A DNA stretch of 63,737 bases, counting the filler, from Perkinsus chesapeaki ATCC PRA-425 (taxonomy: Eukaryota; Protista; Perkinsozoa): NCBI GenBank assembly GCA_013115145.1. It is 10 parts of 10 records of this genome, joined end to end, with 100 filler letters (N's around TTAATTAATTAA, not from the genome) between each part and the next. Parts side by side here need not be neighbours in the genome. Positions count along the whole stretch, not along the records: positions 58,787 to 62,118 come from JAAPAO010001430.1; positions 62,219 to 63,737 come from JAAPAO010001917.1; 8 more parts are not named here. The stretch is one strand, 5' to 3'. This document shows, one piece after another, positions 60,993-63,737 of the stretch; the first letter of the stretch is position 1, and every line of letters starts with the position of its first letter. The translations under genes were made by a program, and so were the position numbers. Under the pieces are notes generated by a model. That model searched no databases. It saw only the letters and a list, made by a program, of their open reading frames with translations, and had not been told where the DNA came from.

Positions 60993-63737
60993 CAGATGTT
61001 TGAGTGTATCACGGTGACACTATGATCGTCGGCAAGACTTCTATGGTTTATGATATGTCAGTCTCATTGTAGAGCATGTGCTCAGATATCACTAGGTCTT
61101 TTTGGAACCAGCACCACCAGCAGAACTTACTCTTATTGTCATTGTCAACTATTGGGAGACGTGTTGTAGTGATATTCCTAAGCTCTCACTCTTGATAATC
61201 TCGATAGGTATCCTATCGTTGGACTATCCTGTTTTCACATCCATGTGAATGTTGAGAGCCGAGAAAAAAGTATCATTAGTGTCTCAGCCTGAGACTCTCA
61301 GGAACAGTTTTCACATGGTTGCTTTGTTCGTCTTAGCTATGCAGGATGAACAATCACGGCCGCAGCCACGGTGGCTATCTCCTGCGTCTTTTGGTCAGCT
61401 TTGTGTTAGTGGTTTTAAACTTTTTGTTGTTGGTTTGAAGTGTGGAGACCCCCTTGTTGCTGTACACGGAATCCAAGTTGTTTACTTCTACTTGCACTTC
61501 CCATTGTAGCTACACGGCACACAAGTATACTCATAGATTAGATGGTTGAATAGAATAAGTTATTCTCAATAACTCCTCTCTCTGATCCGTCATTGTTATC
61601 TTCATTATCACCTAAGAAGATAGTGTTGGGTTACTATGAGATCGGCCAGAAGCACCACCCTCCCAACGGCCCAGGATGGGTCATGAGCTCCAACTCGTGA
61701 CACGATCGAGCATTACGATGGAGCTCAAGAGAGAGGGAAGATCCTCTTGGTTGGGTTGCCTCGGAAACCGCCCCTTGGAAGGCATTAGATATAGGGAAAC
61801 CAAATGACTGTTGCCGCTCTTAAACGCGCGATTGAAACCCATAAGGACGCTTCGTTTAATCGCCTGCAGGCCACCTGAGATGGGAGTGAATATCATTGGG
61901 ACTAGTAGCCCTGGGAAAATACTCTTCCCTTTACGGTGTATAAAAAAACCCTTGGTACGGGAGTGTGGGAAGGAGGAAGCACATAACCCCAATCTGCTGG
62001 ATCTACAGCACACGGGGAATAGGTGCTTCCCATATCTCACGATGGCAGGCATTGGGATAAGTTGTGTAGAGACATTCACCATCGTCAAACATCTCCGTAC
62101 CTAGGGCGGTTGAGGGATNNNNNNNNNNNNNNNNNNNNNNNNNNNNNNNNNNNNNNNNNNNNTTAATTAATTAANNNNNNNNNNNNNNNNNNNNNNNNNN
62201 NNNNNNNNNNNNNNNNNNACTTACATCGTGTTTTGATGGTACTAGTTGAGCTGTCAACTTCGGAGGCTGATTATTCATGATAGCATTGCGAATCTAGATA
62301 TATATAGCTGATCGCGTTCTTTTGACTACTCAAGCATATATCTTCCGAGGTATGGGGTAAAGCATGGGTAATCGACCATAACGTAACGTTGTTAATATGT
62401 TATCATCGATCATTATATTCATTTAATGAATATAATGAGTTTCACTGTCGGATATGGTAGGTCTAAAACGTATGGATGAGAAGACTAGGGTGGTCAGAAC
62501 GCGTGCGAAAGTATGAGACCTCGTTGAGAAACTGTTCGATTGGTTTTAGCAGGCCAAAGTGATGATTGAAGTCCGACCTGACAGTTCACAGTCCAGCTTT
62601 GTGAATCAACTCAATGAGCCATCTCCGGGAAGCGTCTCCCCTCCGAGGCTTGGTCATAGGCCTCGAGCTCCTACTGTGAGAGATATCCATTTGGGTGTTA
62701 CTAGGAGGTGTATTAGGCATCGGATGTGGCTGATGCTCGAGAGGTTATGAGAGTATTGAGAGAAGCGGTATCGAGAGGAGAAGGGGACAGCATGTTGTGT
62801 GATAAATGAGTGATTGAGTGTCTCTTTTATCATTGATATTTGTGTTGAAGTTGTGGACCATCGACGGTAAAATGGCCAAGACTGAGTCATAGTGTACACT
62901 GTTCCCTTAATTGATCTCTTGACGGCGCGGACACCGCAGATCGGATTGCCATTTTCGGCGTTACTACAGACATCAAGAATGCAGGTAAGAATGGCCGAAT
63001 CGACCAGGCCGATATATAATTCGTATTATGAATTGATAAAGTCAAAATATGTTGGTTGAGAGCTTATTCGAACTGAGACGGGGGGAGTTTACCAGTTTTT
63101 GCTTTTAAATATAAGTTATTGGCCGGCTAATGTTCAGGGGTGAAAACTGCATATTCAACTTTCGATCAGTTTTATTAGCACTCGCTGTAATGAGATAAAC
63201 CACAAAATTCAATATTTGGAAGTTAATGGCAGCATGGTAGTCTGTCATATCCAATACTATTGAGCCTCGTTGAATTGATGCCAGGCGAGGACCGCCGTCG
63301 GATCTCCAAGGGCGCGCTTCCGGTCATGCCACAAAGCGAAGTTGCTTCACACTTATTTAGGCTCAACTCGAGAGTTCATTTAACCAGAAAATGTCTTTGA
63401 CTAATGAGATGTAGAGTCTCTGTGTCGAAGTGCGGAGATGGAATACGGCATGCCTCCGCGAAAAGCAGCCCTTTTGGTCTCTTGACATTCGCTACCATAA
63501 TGGAGATGTGATAATGAGAAGAAAAAGTGTAGCGTAAGACCAAATGAGCAGCGTAGCTAAGCGATCAAGAATGCTCTAAACGAGCAAAAGATATTTTATT
63601 TGATAAAGCATCGAACTGAGTATAATAGTTCCTGAAATATGGCTTACCAAGGAACCACGCGTCTCCATGTTCCTGATTCAGAATTTCGCCAAAGAGAACC
63701 CTGCAAGTACCACAATCAATAGTACTAGGAGCTGTAT

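Overview
Eukaryotic, intron-rich nuclear DNA. It is most likely an alveolate parasite of the Perkinsus type, inferred from the short GT-AG introns, a prodomain-less subtilisin, lineage-specific secreted proteins and flagellar genes. The window is not one locus. Nine artificial 100-bp linkers (N44-TTAATTAATTAA-N44) join ten contigs, and there are three plain N gaps, so adjacency across linkers means nothing. Conserved spliced genes I rebuilt by hand are DNAJC8 (8 exons), MCTS1 (6 exons), DAW1/ODA16 (WD40 dynein assembly factor) and the 5' end of a RIB43A-family gene; there is also one tRNA-Arg(ACG). Accessory content includes an S8 subtilisin with a frameshift on an A-AAA-AAC heptamer and Cys at the catalytic Ser position, an intronless DxD-type membrane protein, several secreted or membrane proteins, a CaaX protein and a defensin-like prepropeptide. 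Mobile DNA is abundant: Gypsy integrase and pol remnants, a BEL/Pao-like RT, a gag-like ORF, a Helitron remnant, a LINE-like 3' end, a fold-back repeat, and a TIR element with a 9-bp TSD and an internal tRNA-like Pol III head nested in a Gypsy element. Several minisatellites sit directly in front of start codons. All homology calls come from motif recall, not database searches.
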